Below, piece by piece: positions 9,480 through 19,423 of a stretch of 61,199 nt of DNA (positions within the stretch are counted from its first letter, which is position 1; each line of letters begins with the position of its first letter). A model generated the notes under the pieces. That model saw nothing but the letters and a program-made list of their open reading frames with translations, did no database searches and was not told where the DNA came from. The translations under genes and the position numbers were made by a program. The stretch lies in the IMG/VR virus record IMGVR_UViG_3300038365_000169; one strand, 5' to 3'. The stretch is from an uncultured virus (IMG/VR IMGVR_UViG_3300038365_000169) (taxonomy: Duplodnaviria > Heunggongvirae > Uroviricota > Caudoviricetes).

Positions 9480-10091
9480 TTAAGTGTCATCATGAAATAC
9501 CGTCTTTCTGGCAGCAGCTACATTTATCTCGGGCTTGGCCATGTCCATGAGCCACTGCTCCAAAACAGCTAAAACCTCCAGTAGGGTGTGTCCTGACTTT
9601 CTTTTCACCCGTTCGTCCCATTCGAATGTGCTGGCAACTACATTTTTGCCAAGAGGTAAGCTGATCCATTCGAGCTCAAATATCTTTCCAAGGCCGTTTA
9701 AATAGCGGTACATTTCGGGTAAAGGAGGGTCTAAATCTAGCTTCATGCCGGCTAATTCAATTTTCTCAAGATGGTCCCGTAAGCGTTCCTCCATCTGTAC
9801 GCTCTGCCCTACATATAAGCAGGTTTTCTGCCCCTTGTCCAAACATGCGTAAAGCCCGCACTTGCTTGAATTTTCATTCCCAAATACCCTTTGGATCATC
9901 TTGACGGCATCGTATGCATTTCCCTTGAAGCGTTTGGCGTCTGGCATTAGCTTGAGCCAGGCGTAAATGGGATAGCCGTACATAACAGGTTTGCTGTTGC
10001 TTCCTATGCGGTAGCGCTTGGTGCCGAATATGGCGTGAACTCGATAGGATGGTCTTTTGAATCCGTACCCATCCTTGCGCTCACGCTCCAT
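9480..10091 (-). CDS. GIY-YIG nuclease-family protein
   Basis: CGLYACL...LYVGQSVQMEERLRDH...LEQWLMD..KPEIN. Confidence 0.7.
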   Translation of the reverse strand: MERERKDGYGFKRPSYRVHAIFGTKRYRIGSNSKPVMYGYPIYAWLKLMPDAKRFKGNAYDAVKMIQRVFGNENSSKCGLYACLDKGQKTCLYVGQSVQMEERLRDHLEKIELAGMKLDLDPPLPEMYRYLNGLGKIFELEWISLPLGKNVVASTFEWDERVKRKSGHTLLEVLAVLEQWLMDMAKPEINVAAARKTVFHDDT

Positions 10092-10180
10092 TGGCTTCTA
10101 CCCCTTCATATGCATTTGATTTTTGCATTTAGCTTTCTATATGTTGGCCTCTTTCGAACATCACAGTTCCATCTTATATA

Positions 10181-10423
10181 TTACTTGCCTGCAGCAAGCT
10201 CTGGTGGAAATGTGATCCCCTTTTCAAATATCCACTCGAAGCAGCATTCGTCGCCGTCGTCCGTAATGATCACCCTGACGGTGGTGCCAATCCTGCCGCC
10301 TATGCTGGATATGCATCCGTATGCAATTTTGACAGCATCATCCATGGGTACAAGCTCGGCAAGCCTCTCGTAGCTTCCGTCCAAAAAGTACTGAAATACG
10401 GAATATTCCATCTGCCTGTCCAT
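10181..10423 (-). CDS. Hypothetical phage-like protein
   Basis: 80-aa ORF with RBS. Confidence 0.55.
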   Translation of the reverse strand: MDRQMEYSVFQYFLDGSYERLAELVPMDDAVKIAYGCISSIGGRIGTTVRVIITDDGDECCFEWIFEKGITFPPELAAGK

Positions 10424-10435
10424 TTATTACACCCC

Positions 10436-10798
10436 CTAGATCTTAAGACCATTTACAACATCATCAAACCAGTGCCCGTCAAACTGAAAGCGTCCGATAA
10501 CCACCTTCCCGGAATGCACTGCCTTAACGCATACGATTGTTAGGTCGCTTTTATATGCATTTTTGCCAGCCAATCCGTAGTGCCTGTTCATGGTTTCTCC
10601 CTTGATGACAAAGGCTTCCTTAATCTTGCCGCCGTCATTTTGCTCCACCCATCTGACAAATGCTGGAATGCTGGACTCCTCCAGACCTACCACAGTCAGA
10701 GCGCTGCATTCGCAAAGTTCGTCAAGTTGGGCCTTGCTTTCCACATATACTTTGTTCATCGGACGCATCCACCTTTCCTTTCCTTGCATCATTTGCAC
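10436..10798 (-). CDS. Hypothetical phage-like protein (start probably near 10759)
   Basis: ORF; AAGGTGG RBS before MNKVY. Confidence 0.55.
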   Translation of the reverse strand: MQMMQGKERWMRPMNKVYVESKAQLDELCECSALTVVGLEESSIPAFVRWVEQNDGGKIKEAFVIKGETMNRHYGLAGKNAYKSDLTIVCVKAVHSGKVVIGRFQFDGHWFDDVVNGLKI

Positions 10799-10955
10799 AT
10801 TTTGGGCAAATGGCTCCCTTTGGTGAAATTTTCCACCCTTGACCTCTAAGCTTACTTAGATAAGCATCACGACCCATTGAGCTAGTGCAATCCCATTCAT
10901 GGCAATCTGGAGTGTCACAAGAGCAATGGAATTGCCATTCATACACAAATGCCAT
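10722..10955 (-). CDS. Small putative zinc-binding protein
   Basis: CSCDTPDC...GWKI...ICPKC; GGAGG RBS. Confidence 0.55.
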   Translation of the reverse strand: MAFVYEWQFHCSCDTPDCHEWDCTSSMGRDAYLSKLRGQGWKISPKGAICPKCANDARKGKVDASDEQSICGKQGPT

Positions 10956-11019
10956 ACCTTTCCTCCCACCAATTTTTAGAAATAAAATAACTTTTAAAGG
11001 CAGTTAATATGGTAAAACA

Positions 11020-11065
11020 AGCCAGACGGAGATGTTTTATTAGATGACGCTTTCTCCGTCTGGCT
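11020..11065. terminator. Stem-loop, probable terminator
   Basis: 13-bp perfect inverted repeat agccagacggaga / tctccgtctggct with 20-nt loop, just after the stop at 11077. Confidence 0.5.
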
Positions 11066-11076
11066 GAATTCTACAG

Positions 11077-11346
11077 CTATTCCATGCTTTTGGGAAGGGA
11101 CAAATCCGTGGAACCCTTCCCATTGATAAGGTCCAACGCCTTCATTCTGCATTCGGCCCTGTTGCATGAGGTGATGGACCCCCTTTTTAACGTATATTCT
11201 GACAAGCTAAGGTTATCACCGCAGCCCAAGCATGTGCAGTCGTACATGATGCTTCTCCTTCTAGGCAAGTCCAATTTGCTTTCCTGCAATTTTAGCACTT
11301 TTATCAAGCCCACCCTGGTGCCCTCAGGTATCGCTCCGTTTCTCAT
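11077..11346 (-). CDS. Small Cys-rich domain like the N-termini of phage HNH/AP2 proteins (stand-alone)
   Basis: GTRVGLIKVL...YDCTCLGCG...LKRGSITSC; start re-called at MRNGAIPEG after GGAGG. Confidence 0.55.
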   Translation of the reverse strand: MRNGAIPEGTRVGLIKVLKLQESKLDLPRRRSIMYDCTCLGCGDNLSLSEYTLKRGSITSCNRAECRMKALDLINGKGSTDLSLPKSME

Positions 11347-11365
11347 TTTTCCTCCATCGCTTGTT

Positions 11366-11965
11366 TTATTTTTCCTCTGCTTGCCCCAATTGCTTGGGTT
11401 CGCTGTCAAGAAGATATGTGGCTGCCATATCCGCAAGATGTAGAAGCACTGCGACAGGAAATTTTTCGTATGAATTTCCCAATGACTGTTCGCCTCCCTT
11501 TACAGCATGGTCAAACCCGCCCATATGCCAACGAACTGCATGCTGCTCCTCCTCGGTTAGGTCCACAAACCTTTGCACCATAAGGAGTGATTCCTCCCCA
11601 TGCCCAAGAGAGGCTCTGTTGGTTCTTTCCCACTTTTCATCAATCTTTTTGTAAAGATTTATCTTGCATACGTCATGGAAAAGAGCGACTAAAATTAGGG
11701 AGTTTAAGTTGATTGATACGCACTTTAGGTTGAATAATACCCGTGCCATCTGCTCCGCAGCGTCCATGACATTTAGAGAATGGTGAACCAAACCGCCCTC
11801 AAATGCTCCATGGTGGGTTCTGCTGGCGGGAGCAAGGAAAAAGTCCGTTTCGTTCTCCAGCCACTCTACTAGTCTATCCACACCTGGTCTGTTTAGACCA
11901 AGTGCAACCTCCTTAAAGCGCTTCTTGCTCTCAAGAGCATAGTTCCTTTTGACAAAAATTTCCAT
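11366..11965 (-). CDS. HD-domain phosphohydrolase (phage type)
   Basis: HHGAFEGGLVHHSLNV, LFHDVCK, GHGEES, RWHMG, LHLAD. Confidence 0.85.
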   Translation of the reverse strand: MEIFVKRNYALESKKRFKEVALGLNRPGVDRLVEWLENETDFFLAPASRTHHGAFEGGLVHHSLNVMDAAEQMARVLFNLKCVSINLNSLILVALFHDVCKINLYKKIDEKWERTNRASLGHGEESLLMVQRFVDLTEEEQHAVRWHMGGFDHAVKGGEQSLGNSYEKFPVAVLLHLADMAATYLLDSEPKQLGQAEEK

Positions 11966-12043
11966 GCATACACCTCCATTTACTTCCTATTTGTCCAATG
12001 GTTTAAATGCGAACCTTTGGTCGATTAAGTCGACAAGTTAGGC

Positions 12044-12451
12044 CTATTCAAATGCACTTTTGAACATGACGTACTCTAAATGCTTGAATAAGGTCTTGAG
12101 GGTGGAGTCAAGATGCATCTCGACATGGCATCTGTCGGACAGCTTGGCCTGCACAGCTTCAAGCTCCTTCATGACGCTCTCGGATACCTCAAGGTTTATT
12201 CTCTCCATTATGGATGAAGTTTTCATCCCTCTTTTGGCCATCTTCTTGAGCATTCTAACACCGATGGGGTTTTCCTTAAGATTTTCCAAAGCCTTCACCA
12301 AAATGTACCCATAGTCCAAATTGACCTCATTTTCCTCCCACCAGTCATTATGAATGCCCTCCATGTAAAGCATCTCCTTGAGCATGTCCAGCTTGTTTTT
12401 GGCCATTATGCTGACAGACACCTCAATGTTGATTTTGTTAGATGTTGGCAT
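12044..12451 (-). CDS. Hypothetical protein, possibly tandem ribbon-helix-helix-like
   Basis: Internal repeat KINIEVS / RINLEVS, each followed by helices. Confidence 0.45.
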   Translation of the reverse strand: MPTSNKINIEVSVSIMAKNKLDMLKEMLYMEGIHNDWWEENEVNLDYGYILVKALENLKENPIGVRMLKKMAKRGMKTSSIMERINLEVSESVMKELEAVQAKLSDRCHVEMHLDSTLKTLFKHLEYVMFKSAFE

Positions 12452-12625
12452 TTTTATCTCTACCTTTGCACCATGAAAAATTTTGAGGATAAGTTAATAA
12501 ATGTGGAAAATGCGATTCTTAATTCATTACCCACCAAAAATTGAAATATTTGCCATACCTGCATCTGTTTAAAAAATTTTAAATAGGTCCCCTTACAACC
12601 ACTATAATCATAAGAGGACCACATT

Positions 12626-13462
12626 TTACACCAGCTTGCCCGCTTGCCATATTTGCCCTAAATCGTTCACCTGCTCGCGTTTCATAAAGTTCCACTTTGG
12701 AGCCTCATAAATGGTCTTAAGATTGTCAGGCATGCCGTTCCAGCCCTCCACAAGATCAGGGTCCGTATAGTCTAACATGCAGCGTATTTGAGCGCGCGTT
12801 CCGTCTGCCTTCATCCTGCCCTGCGATGTGATGATGCACTTGGATGGATCGCTAAACATCTGCTGGGTGGACTTAAGGCTGTATTCGTTCTGAATTTCCA
12901 TTTGAAAGCGGATGCCTAAAGCCTCCCGATACAGCTGGGCCTCCGCCCACCATAGGTCCGTGGCAAGGCCCAGGCGTCGGTAGTCTGGGTCCACAAACAT
13001 GACTATTCCATGCCCAATACGCTGAAAGCTGTCTCCAAATGTTTTGCCCTCAGCATCGCATAAAAATGGTATGTTGGCAGAGTCCACCACCACCGGCTTC
13101 CCGGTGACAAAGTAGCTGCCTGCAAATGCCACAGGTTCCCAGTCACGCTCAGAGTCATATACAACAAAAGCGTACATGCTTTGCTCAATTTTTAGCACAG
13201 AGTTATACATCATCACTGCATTTTTGCCCGCTGTGTACCGCCACTGGATGGGAACATTTTCGCTGCCGTCGGGAAGCTTGGTTAGGTCCATCTCCCTTGG
13301 AAACTTCTTGTACATGTAGGATATTACCCTCTGATACTCCTCATCCGTGGTGACCTGTGCAATTCTTAGGCGTCCCTTTATCTGGGACCTTTCCTCCTTG
13401 GAGGTCTGCTTGATGTTCCATTCGGGCTTTCCTATGGTGGGGACATATGATTCTATTCTCAT
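12626..13462 (-). CDS. GNAT-fold protein, paralogue of 7045..7860
   Basis: FVDPDYRRLGLA motif; shared PT.G..EW.IK, QWRYT, EAQLYR blocks. Confidence 0.65.
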   Translation of the reverse strand: MRIESYVPTIGKPEWNIKQTSKEERSQIKGRLRIAQVTTDEEYQRVISYMYKKFPREMDLTKLPDGSENVPIQWRYTAGKNAVMMYNSVLKIEQSMYAFVVYDSERDWEPVAFAGSYFVTGKPVVVDSANIPFLCDAEGKTFGDSFQRIGHGIVMFVDPDYRRLGLATDLWWAEAQLYREALGIRFQMEIQNEYSLKSTQQMFSDPSKCIITSQGRMKADGTRAQIRCMLDYTDPDLVEGWNGMPDNLKTIYEAPKWNFMKREQVNDLGQIWQAGKLV

Positions 13463-13516
13463 GAATTTCTCCCTTCAAAGTATAATCAACCCCAGGTAAA
13501 TGTAGCCAGCTTTGAG

Positions 13517-14191
13517 CTATCTGACGAGCTCAAAACCAGCATCATTCACCAGCTGCTGGTATACCTTGCCAAAACCGTCACAGTTTAGATCCACGTTGAA
13601 CTTGTACATGTCATGAGCTTCATCACTCTCATATGGTTCCTGTCCGAACTGCCTTAAAATGCCAGCAGACATCTTTGAGCAGCCAATGTAGTACCAGGTG
13701 TGACCATGGTCCTTTAGTTCCTTTTCTAGCACTAAAAGCATAGCTTTGCCAATTCCCTTGCCTTGATACTCTGGGTCAGTGATGAACTGCTTGCCGATTG
13801 GTTTGACCTTACCGTTTCGTTCGGTCACCACCATGCAGAAAATGCCCACAGGTTTGCCAAGCCCCATCACCCTCTGCTCACCTTCCACTGTGCCGTCATA
13901 GGCAACCACACAGAAGTTTTCCACCTCAGTGCCCAGAGGAGTTTTGTTCAACATGGGGTTAACATCGTCAAACATGGGGTCATTCCACTTTTTCTTGTCC
14001 AAAGCATACATAGCCTTCCATGCTTCTATGTAATGCTCCCTTTTGCAGATCTGAAGAACTATGCCGTTTTTGGCCAGCCTTTCCTCAACATCTACCTTTG
14101 CTTGGTCGGCTACCCCAACCGCAGGTTGCTCCATCTCTGCAATGTTTTGATTTTCGACCTTTTTGGTCTTTTTCTTCTTTTTTGCTGCCAT
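13517..14191 (-). CDS. GNAT-family acetyltransferase
   Basis: FITDPEYQGKGIGKAML motif A. Confidence 0.8.
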   Translation of the reverse strand: MAAKKKKKTKKVENQNIAEMEQPAVGVADQAKVDVEERLAKNGIVLQICKREHYIEAWKAMYALDKKKWNDPMFDDVNPMLNKTPLGTEVENFCVVAYDGTVEGEQRVMGLGKPVGIFCMVVTERNGKVKPIGKQFITDPEYQGKGIGKAMLLVLEKELKDHGHTWYYIGCSKMSAGILRQFGQEPYESDEAHDMYKFNVDLNCDGFGKVYQQLVNDAGFELVR

Positions 14192-14212
14192 TTGCTTCTC
14201 ATCTCCTTATGT

Positions 14213-14629
14213 TTATTTTTGGGCCAATGGTTGCATTTTTGCGATCATGTCCCTCAATAGGTCTGCATCCATCCTTTGCCCCATGTTCTTGACATAGCCT
14301 ATATTGTCCGTTCCGCCCAAAAATAGGCCGTTTTCAAAACCATGTGACATGACGATGCTGGCGTACATGCCGTCCTCATAGGACTTTACGGCAAGTGTGG
14401 CCTCTGAGCTTTCGTTTACCTTGCCATACTTTGGGCACTCTAATAGCTGCCTTAGTAGGCCGTAAACCATCTCTGAGTTCATTTTTACGCCGTAGTTCGG
14501 AAGCTCCTCAAAGCTCCTTACTGGAACAAGATAGAACTTAAAATGCAGGTTGTCGTCATCCATCAGTGCAACAATTCCAGCCATGGGCTCCGTGTTAAAG
14601 CATTTAAAATACCATTCGACCTTTGACAA
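14213..14629 (-). CDS. Hypothetical protein with internal duplication
   Basis: Two similar halves; resembles the N-terminal domain of 21618..22355. Confidence 0.55.
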   Translation of the reverse strand: MSKVEWYFKCFNTEPMAGIVALMDDDNLHFKFYLVPVRSFEELPNYGVKMNSEMVYGLLRQLLECPKYGKVNESSEATLAVKSYEDGMYASIVMSHGFENGLFLGGTDNIGYVKNMGQRMDADLLRDMIAKMQPLAQK

Positions 14630-14668
14630 TGCACCATCCTCCTTTCTCCATACCTTAACATCCAGAGC

Positions 14669-15241
14669 TTACTGCTCAGCTGCTGAGGCTAATATGCGTA
14701 CAAAAATGTCGCCATAGTCGTTTGCAACCGTGTACCACCACTCTGGCGTTAAATCCTCGGGTAAACCGTCATTTTCAAACCTCCATGCTCTACCCTTCCA
14801 TACGGATGGCCCGCCACCGATGTAGGTGATTCCGGATACATACTTCCAGTTGTCATCCTTTATGTGCCCGTTCTTCACCAGGAGGTCAATTGGTGCTTTG
14901 AAGGTCTTGGCGTAGTTTTGGGGGTCAAATGGGTACTCCCGTGGCCTCCACACCTCACACCTTAGGCTGAGAAATTTGCCGCCCTCAACCAATGCTACTG
15001 CTTCCTCTGGCTTGGGTACGGCAAAGCCGCATGGTGCAATGCCGTACTGTACCACAGATTCCTGATTGGCTTCATGCTGAACTGCCACCCTTTCGCCGTT
15101 AAGAATTTCGTTGAACTGGTACGTTAACCAGTCAAGATTGCCCTGATGAATGCGATAGTGCTGCCCATGGTTGTCATTTATAATTTTGTTGGCCGGAACC
15201 ACACAACGATATAGCTCTAGTCGAGTGCCGTAAGCAATCAT
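14669..15241 (-). CDS. RusA-like Holliday junction resolvase
   Basis: DPQNYAKTFKAPIDLLVKNGHIKDDN (D-x2-N...K...D...DD pattern). Confidence 0.65.
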   Translation of the reverse strand: MIAYGTRLELYRCVVPANKIINDNHGQHYRIHQGNLDWLTYQFNEILNGERVAVQHEANQESVVQYGIAPCGFAVPKPEEAVALVEGGKFLSLRCEVWRPREYPFDPQNYAKTFKAPIDLLVKNGHIKDDNWKYVSGITYIGGGPSVWKGRAWRFENDGLPEDLTPEWWYTVANDYGDIFVRILASAAEQ

Positions 15242-16113
15242 TTGCCCTTTACCTTCAGCAGGAATAGGTCATTGCTCATAACTCGAACCACATAGTGGCT
15301 GCTGTTTACGACCCACTGTGGCAGGTCCACAGCATACATTCTGCTGCCCTTTCCGGCTTGGTTTACCTCCCGCACCACATTGGCAATTACATATGGATAG
15401 CCGGCTAGGGACATGTGCTCCATTAGGTCCCTATAGTTGCCGTCATTTAGATGCTCGTACATCTTGCGTATAAGACCCTCTTCGTCAAGAAAGCTCTCCG
15501 CCTCCACCAGCGGACAGTTGATCAAAACGGCTGCCAGCTCCATGCGCTCTATGCCAGGCACTGTTTGGTTTCTGCACCATCTGAGGATGTTCTCCAGCTT
15601 GACGTCCAAAAGTAAAACATCCTTATGCTGCCCCAAATAGGACACAAATTCGTTTAACCTCTTGAGGCTGCCACAGACCAACTGGCAGACCCCATCATGC
15701 TCGTTGCCGCCCTGAACCTCATTGTTGCCACCCATCCCCTGTAGAATGATGTCGTCGTAAAAGTCCTTTTTGAGAACTAAACTCTGCCCGGATTCGGCAA
15801 GGCTTTCAATGTCAAAAACCTCAAAAAGCTTCTTGACCTCCTCAGAAATTCTGTTGAACTCCTTCATGGATGGGACCGTTAAAACAATGTCCTTTCGTAG
15901 CTTGGCTGATGCGACAAATGCTTCCTCAAATGCGCTCCAGTCCAAATGAATGGTGTCATATGGTACCAGCTGCTCGAGAATTTTGGTCTCCTTTCTCTCC
16001 ACAGCAGACACTAGATTTTTGGCAGCAATGCCCTCAGGAATGTGAAGAACCTGATGGCTCTCTGATAGCTTGCGCATCATGTTGCCGTAGTTTCCAACAA
16101 GCGCTACATGCAT
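15238..16113 (-). CDS. Hypothetical protein in the ssb-recA operon
   Basis: 291-aa ORF with GGAGG RBS. Confidence 0.65.
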   Translation of the reverse strand: MHVALVGNYGNMMRKLSESHQVLHIPEGIAAKNLVSAVERKETKILEQLVPYDTIHLDWSAFEEAFVASAKLRKDIVLTVPSMKEFNRISEEVKKLFEVFDIESLAESGQSLVLKKDFYDDIILQGMGGNNEVQGGNEHDGVCQLVCGSLKRLNEFVSYLGQHKDVLLLDVKLENILRWCRNQTVPGIERMELAAVLINCPLVEAESFLDEEGLIRKMYEHLNDGNYRDLMEHMSLAGYPYVIANVVREVNQAGKGSRMYAVDLPQWVVNSSHYVVRVMSNDLFLLKVKGK

Positions 16114-16128
16114 GTCCTTTCACCTCCT

Positions 16129-17208
16129 TTATTCGTTCTCAGGAGCTTCCTTGTTCTCCTTGATGGTGATGTCACCTGTGACCTTCTTGAGCTCCTGGGC
16201 TATGTCCTTCCTTAGCTTCCCCAGGATCTCCGGATTGTCATTTAAATACTGGACAAAAGCAGGCCTGCCGGCAACGCCCTTCTCCTGCCCCTTGATGATG
16301 TAGGTTCTGGCGGTCTTCTCGATGAAACCCGTCTTTACCCCCAGATCGACCGCTTCCTGCGCTAAGTCTAACCCCTTGCCGAATGTGATGTAGAAGTCCG
16401 CTGCTCGATATGGAGGTGCAATTTTGTTCTTCCTGGTGTATGCCTGTATCTGGTTGGTGACGATTTCACCGCCGGACTCAAGATGGCCAATTCTGGTGAT
16501 CTCCACCATATGTGTGAAGTAAAATTTCAAATACTGACCGCCGGGCTGGTACTTGTTGCCGCTCACCTTGTCACCGCTGGCAAACTTGTTGATCTTGGTG
16601 TCCTCCACCAGCTGGTTGATTGCAATGACAATCGTCTTGGTTTTGTTTGCCTTGGCAAATATCTTGGCAAAGCCCTGTGTGTCCAACCGTGCGCCAACGC
16701 CAATTTGCGCCTGCTCACCCATCTCGCCGGATAAGATTGCCTTGGGTACCATTGACGCGATGGAGTCAATGACAGCGATGTCAAGGACACCTGAGGCTAT
16801 CATCATCTCTGCTACCGTGTAGCCGTCCTCACCGCAGTCAGGTTGGATGATGTAAACCTCGTCCAAATTGACCCCAAGCGCCTTTGCGTATGATGGGTCA
16901 AGTGCGTTCTCTGCGTCAATATACAGAACATTTGCCTCAGGATTGCTCTTCTGAATCTCTGCAATTATGGTCAGGGCCAGGGTGGTCTTACCGCTGCTGG
17001 TGTGGCCAAAAAGGTTCAAAATTCTGCCCTTTGCGGCCCCTCCGCCCAAAATTGCGTCTACCGCAAGGGAGCCGGTGGAAACGCACTCCACGTCAAGAGA
17101 CCCGCCGTAGTTCTTATACTTGTCCAAAACAACGTTTGGCATCTGCTTCTTGATCTGGTCAAGAGTGCTCTCCATTACCGCTTTTCTGTCAATAGCCATA
17201 TTTTCCAT
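16129..17208 (-). CDS. recA: RecA recombinase, divergent element-encoded copy
   Basis: STGSLAVDAILGGG, GHTSSGKTT, YIDAENALDP, VIDSIA, INQL, KNKIAPPYR. Confidence 0.93.
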   Translation of the reverse strand: MENMAIDRKAVMESTLDQIKKQMPNVVLDKYKNYGGSLDVECVSTGSLAVDAILGGGAAKGRILNLFGHTSSGKTTLALTIIAEIQKSNPEANVLYIDAENALDPSYAKALGVNLDEVYIIQPDCGEDGYTVAEMMIASGVLDIAVIDSIASMVPKAILSGEMGEQAQIGVGARLDTQGFAKIFAKANKTKTIVIAINQLVEDTKINKFASGDKVSGNKYQPGGQYLKFYFTHMVEITRIGHLESGGEIVTNQIQAYTRKNKIAPPYRAADFYITFGKGLDLAQEAVDLGVKTGFIEKTARTYIIKGQEKGVAGRPAFVQYLNDNPEILGKLRKDIAQELKKVTGDITIKENKEAPENE

Positions 17209-17250
17209 CCTTTCTGGTTAAAAGTTTAATTTGACCGCAAATGCATGCCA

Positions 17251-17616
17251 TTAGTATTGGTTGCCGGCTGGATCGTCCCTATACTCTCGACGTCCCCCGT
17301 CATCCTGGTACCTGGTCTCACTGTTGCCGTCACGGTTTGGCTGCTGGCCGAAGGAGAAATCGTCAACATCGACATTGTAGTAGCCGTCACTGTTGCGCGT
17401 TAACTTCCCCTCGAAAAAGATCTGCCTGCCGGTGGTGATGAACTGCGCGGTCTTTTCGTCACGATTCCATATGGTGCATTGAATGTACGTTGGGTTTTCA
17501 TCGTTATAGAATCGGTCGCAAATTAAACCAAATGATACCCCAGTTTTGTTCTCCTTGCCGTACTGAAAGACCTTTGCGTCCTTTGCCACCCGACCGTCTC
17601 CAAATGTTTTAATCAT
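17251..17616 (-). CDS. ssb: Single-stranded DNA-binding protein
   Basis: OB-fold pattern GRVAKD...YIQCTIW...G.QIFFEGKL, acidic tail, upstream of recA. Confidence 0.75.
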   Translation of the reverse strand: MIKTFGDGRVAKDAKVFQYGKENKTGVSFGLICDRFYNDENPTYIQCTIWNRDEKTAQFITTGRQIFFEGKLTRNSDGYYNVDVDDFSFGQQPNRDGNSETRYQDDGGRREYRDDPAGNQY

Positions 17617-17670
17617 GGGCTAGTCTCCTTTCAATTTTAGTTTCTCTTCCCTATTATTAAACAGGTTTCA

Positions 17671-18084
17671 TTACCTGCTGCTCATCCACTTTTCGTAGGC
17701 CCAAATTCTGCTCTTGGCGGCATCCCTTTCGCTGTTCCTTAACATGTCAAGCAGCCTTTCGTCAGAAATTAGGCCTATTCTCTCTGCGTTGGCGATGGCA
17801 TCTAAAGCCATTTGCTCCCTCTCCTCGGGGTTTGACCAGTACTTGCGCTCCTTCTGTGCCTTTACAAGTATGTCAAGTAGTTCGTTGGTCAGCTTGGGTA
17901 CCGTCATGCCGGATGTTTGGTGGTAAACTATGATGTTCATGAGCTTGCCCCACCCCTTAACCTCATCAACACCAAAGTACTTTAAAGCATTTTCGAAGGT
18001 GCCCTGGTAGTGCTCATGATTTTTGCTGCAGTTGTAGGGGCATTCTACCACCTTCCCCTTCTCGGTCAATGCATATAGGGCCAT
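17671..18084 (-). CDS. Hypothetical protein; N-terminus weakly resembles the GKGRCxH module
   Basis: YALTEKGKVVECPYNCSKNHEH. Confidence 0.55.
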   Translation of the reverse strand: MALYALTEKGKVVECPYNCSKNHEHYQGTFENALKYFGVDEVKGWGKLMNIIVYHQTSGMTVPKLTNELLDILVKAQKERKYWSNPEEREQMALDAIANAERIGLISDERLLDMLRNSERDAAKSRIWAYEKWMSSR

Positions 18085-18627
18085 TTAGCCCCTCCTTTCC
18101 CTGCGTAGGTCCTCCTGTTCCTCCTCCATCTGGTTGGAGAATGAAAAGTCACCAATGCCCACGAAATGTGAAAGTGTGGTGTCATTTACCTTGTTCATAT
18201 AGTTGAATATTTGCTTGACGTCAGCGGAACGAAAGTCATAGTGGGACCTGTTGGTAAGATTCACCAAAAGCCTTAGCAAAGGTGCTATTCTGTTTAAACG
18301 TCCCACCATAAGCTTGTGAAACTTCATGTTCATCTCGCTGGAAAACTTGTCGGAGTCCAAAGGGTGCAGCGGCTTAAAGTCCTCAATCTCCAGCTCGCTC
18401 TTCTTGGAGCGGGACTGGTAGAATTCGTTCTTGACTGCCTCTATTCTGCCCTTCAGCTCGCTGTAGTAATAGACCGCCTCCTCCTCGGTATAGTCATACC
18501 TGCTGTCTGAAAGATTGGATATCAGCAGCATTAGATTCTTGAAGCGGTTCACCCGTATCTCCGCTAGTCTTTTGAATTTGTCATAGCATGTTTCCCTTGA
18601 CATGTCTAAGCCCTCCTTAACTACCAT
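18085..18627 (-). CDS. Two-repeat helical protein
   Basis: FKRLAEIRVNR...LISNLSDSRYDY and FHKLMVGRLNR...LLVNLTNRSHYDF. Confidence 0.65.
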   Translation of the reverse strand: MVVKEGLDMSRETCYDKFKRLAEIRVNRFKNLMLLISNLSDSRYDYTEEEAVYYYSELKGRIEAVKNEFYQSRSKKSELEIEDFKPLHPLDSDKFSSEMNMKFHKLMVGRLNRIAPLLRLLVNLTNRSHYDFRSADVKQIFNYMNKVNDTTLSHFVGIGDFSFSNQMEEEQEDLRRERRG

Positions 18628-19423
18628 GCATGTTGAAACGATTCATTATCTTTGTTTCAAATGCATATGCGTCAGCCTCTCTATAGAATTTTTTAATGAG
18701 TATGTAATCATGGTACCAACTGTGACCATTTTCATGGAGAAATACCCTAGCATTGCCGTCTGTAACTGCTGTTGAAAAATTAACATCGCTTCCAGATGCA
18801 TTGACGCGCATGCTTCCACTTTTACCAACAACAAGCGGCCTTATTCTTCCACCTTTACCAACATAAAATTTAACGTAAACAAACCATGTGCATCTATTGA
18901 TTCTGTTTAGCATCATGTCAAAGGCTATCTTATCTCCAGCCCAAGAGTCCTTTGATGTCCTTAATGTTGGAAGCCATCTAAATCCATAGATAAGCCGTAA
19001 AAGAATGGTTCTACTTGATGCTAGCCTTGGATGTTCATTTTCCCATTCATTGACATAGCAGCTAAAGCATTTTCCCCTATAGGTAAGACGCTGAAAAGGA
19101 TGCCTAGAGCATCTATTGTTATGCCTAAACTTTTGACGAGATTCATCAGCAGCCCAGGCTTCACATCTTCTACTGCAAAATCCAGCATGCCTATCTTTGC
19201 TATGGCTAAATAGCCTTTGGCAGTATGGGCATAATTGACCATGTTTGGGTCCGAAGAGCCTATTGAACAGGTATCTCCAATGCCCCACCCCAGGGGACCT
19301 AATGGAGTGCACAAACCAAAGCGTAAACATGATCACAATCATACCCGCAATGGACCACTTAAAGATGGACTGCAGCATACCTGTTAACTCATCAATGGAC
19401 CCCATGTTGGGCATGTTATGCAC
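18617..19423 (-). CDS. Membrane-anchored Zn-finger plus possible divergent GIY-YIG-like protein
   Basis: TM helix; CPYC...FCSRRC; C-term FVYVKFY...VVGKSG...AYAFETKI. Confidence 0.45.
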   Translation of the reverse strand: MHNMPNMGSIDELTGMLQSIFKWSIAGMIVIMFTLWFVHSIRSPGVGHWRYLFNRLFGPKHGQLCPYCQRLFSHSKDRHAGFCSRRCEAWAADESRQKFRHNNRCSRHPFQRLTYRGKCFSCYVNEWENEHPRLASSRTILLRLIYGFRWLPTLRTSKDSWAGDKIAFDMMLNRINRCTWFVYVKFYVGKGGRIRPLVVGKSGSMRVNASGSDVNFSTAVTDGNARVFLHENGHSWYHDYILIKKFYREADAYAFETKIMNRFNMHGS

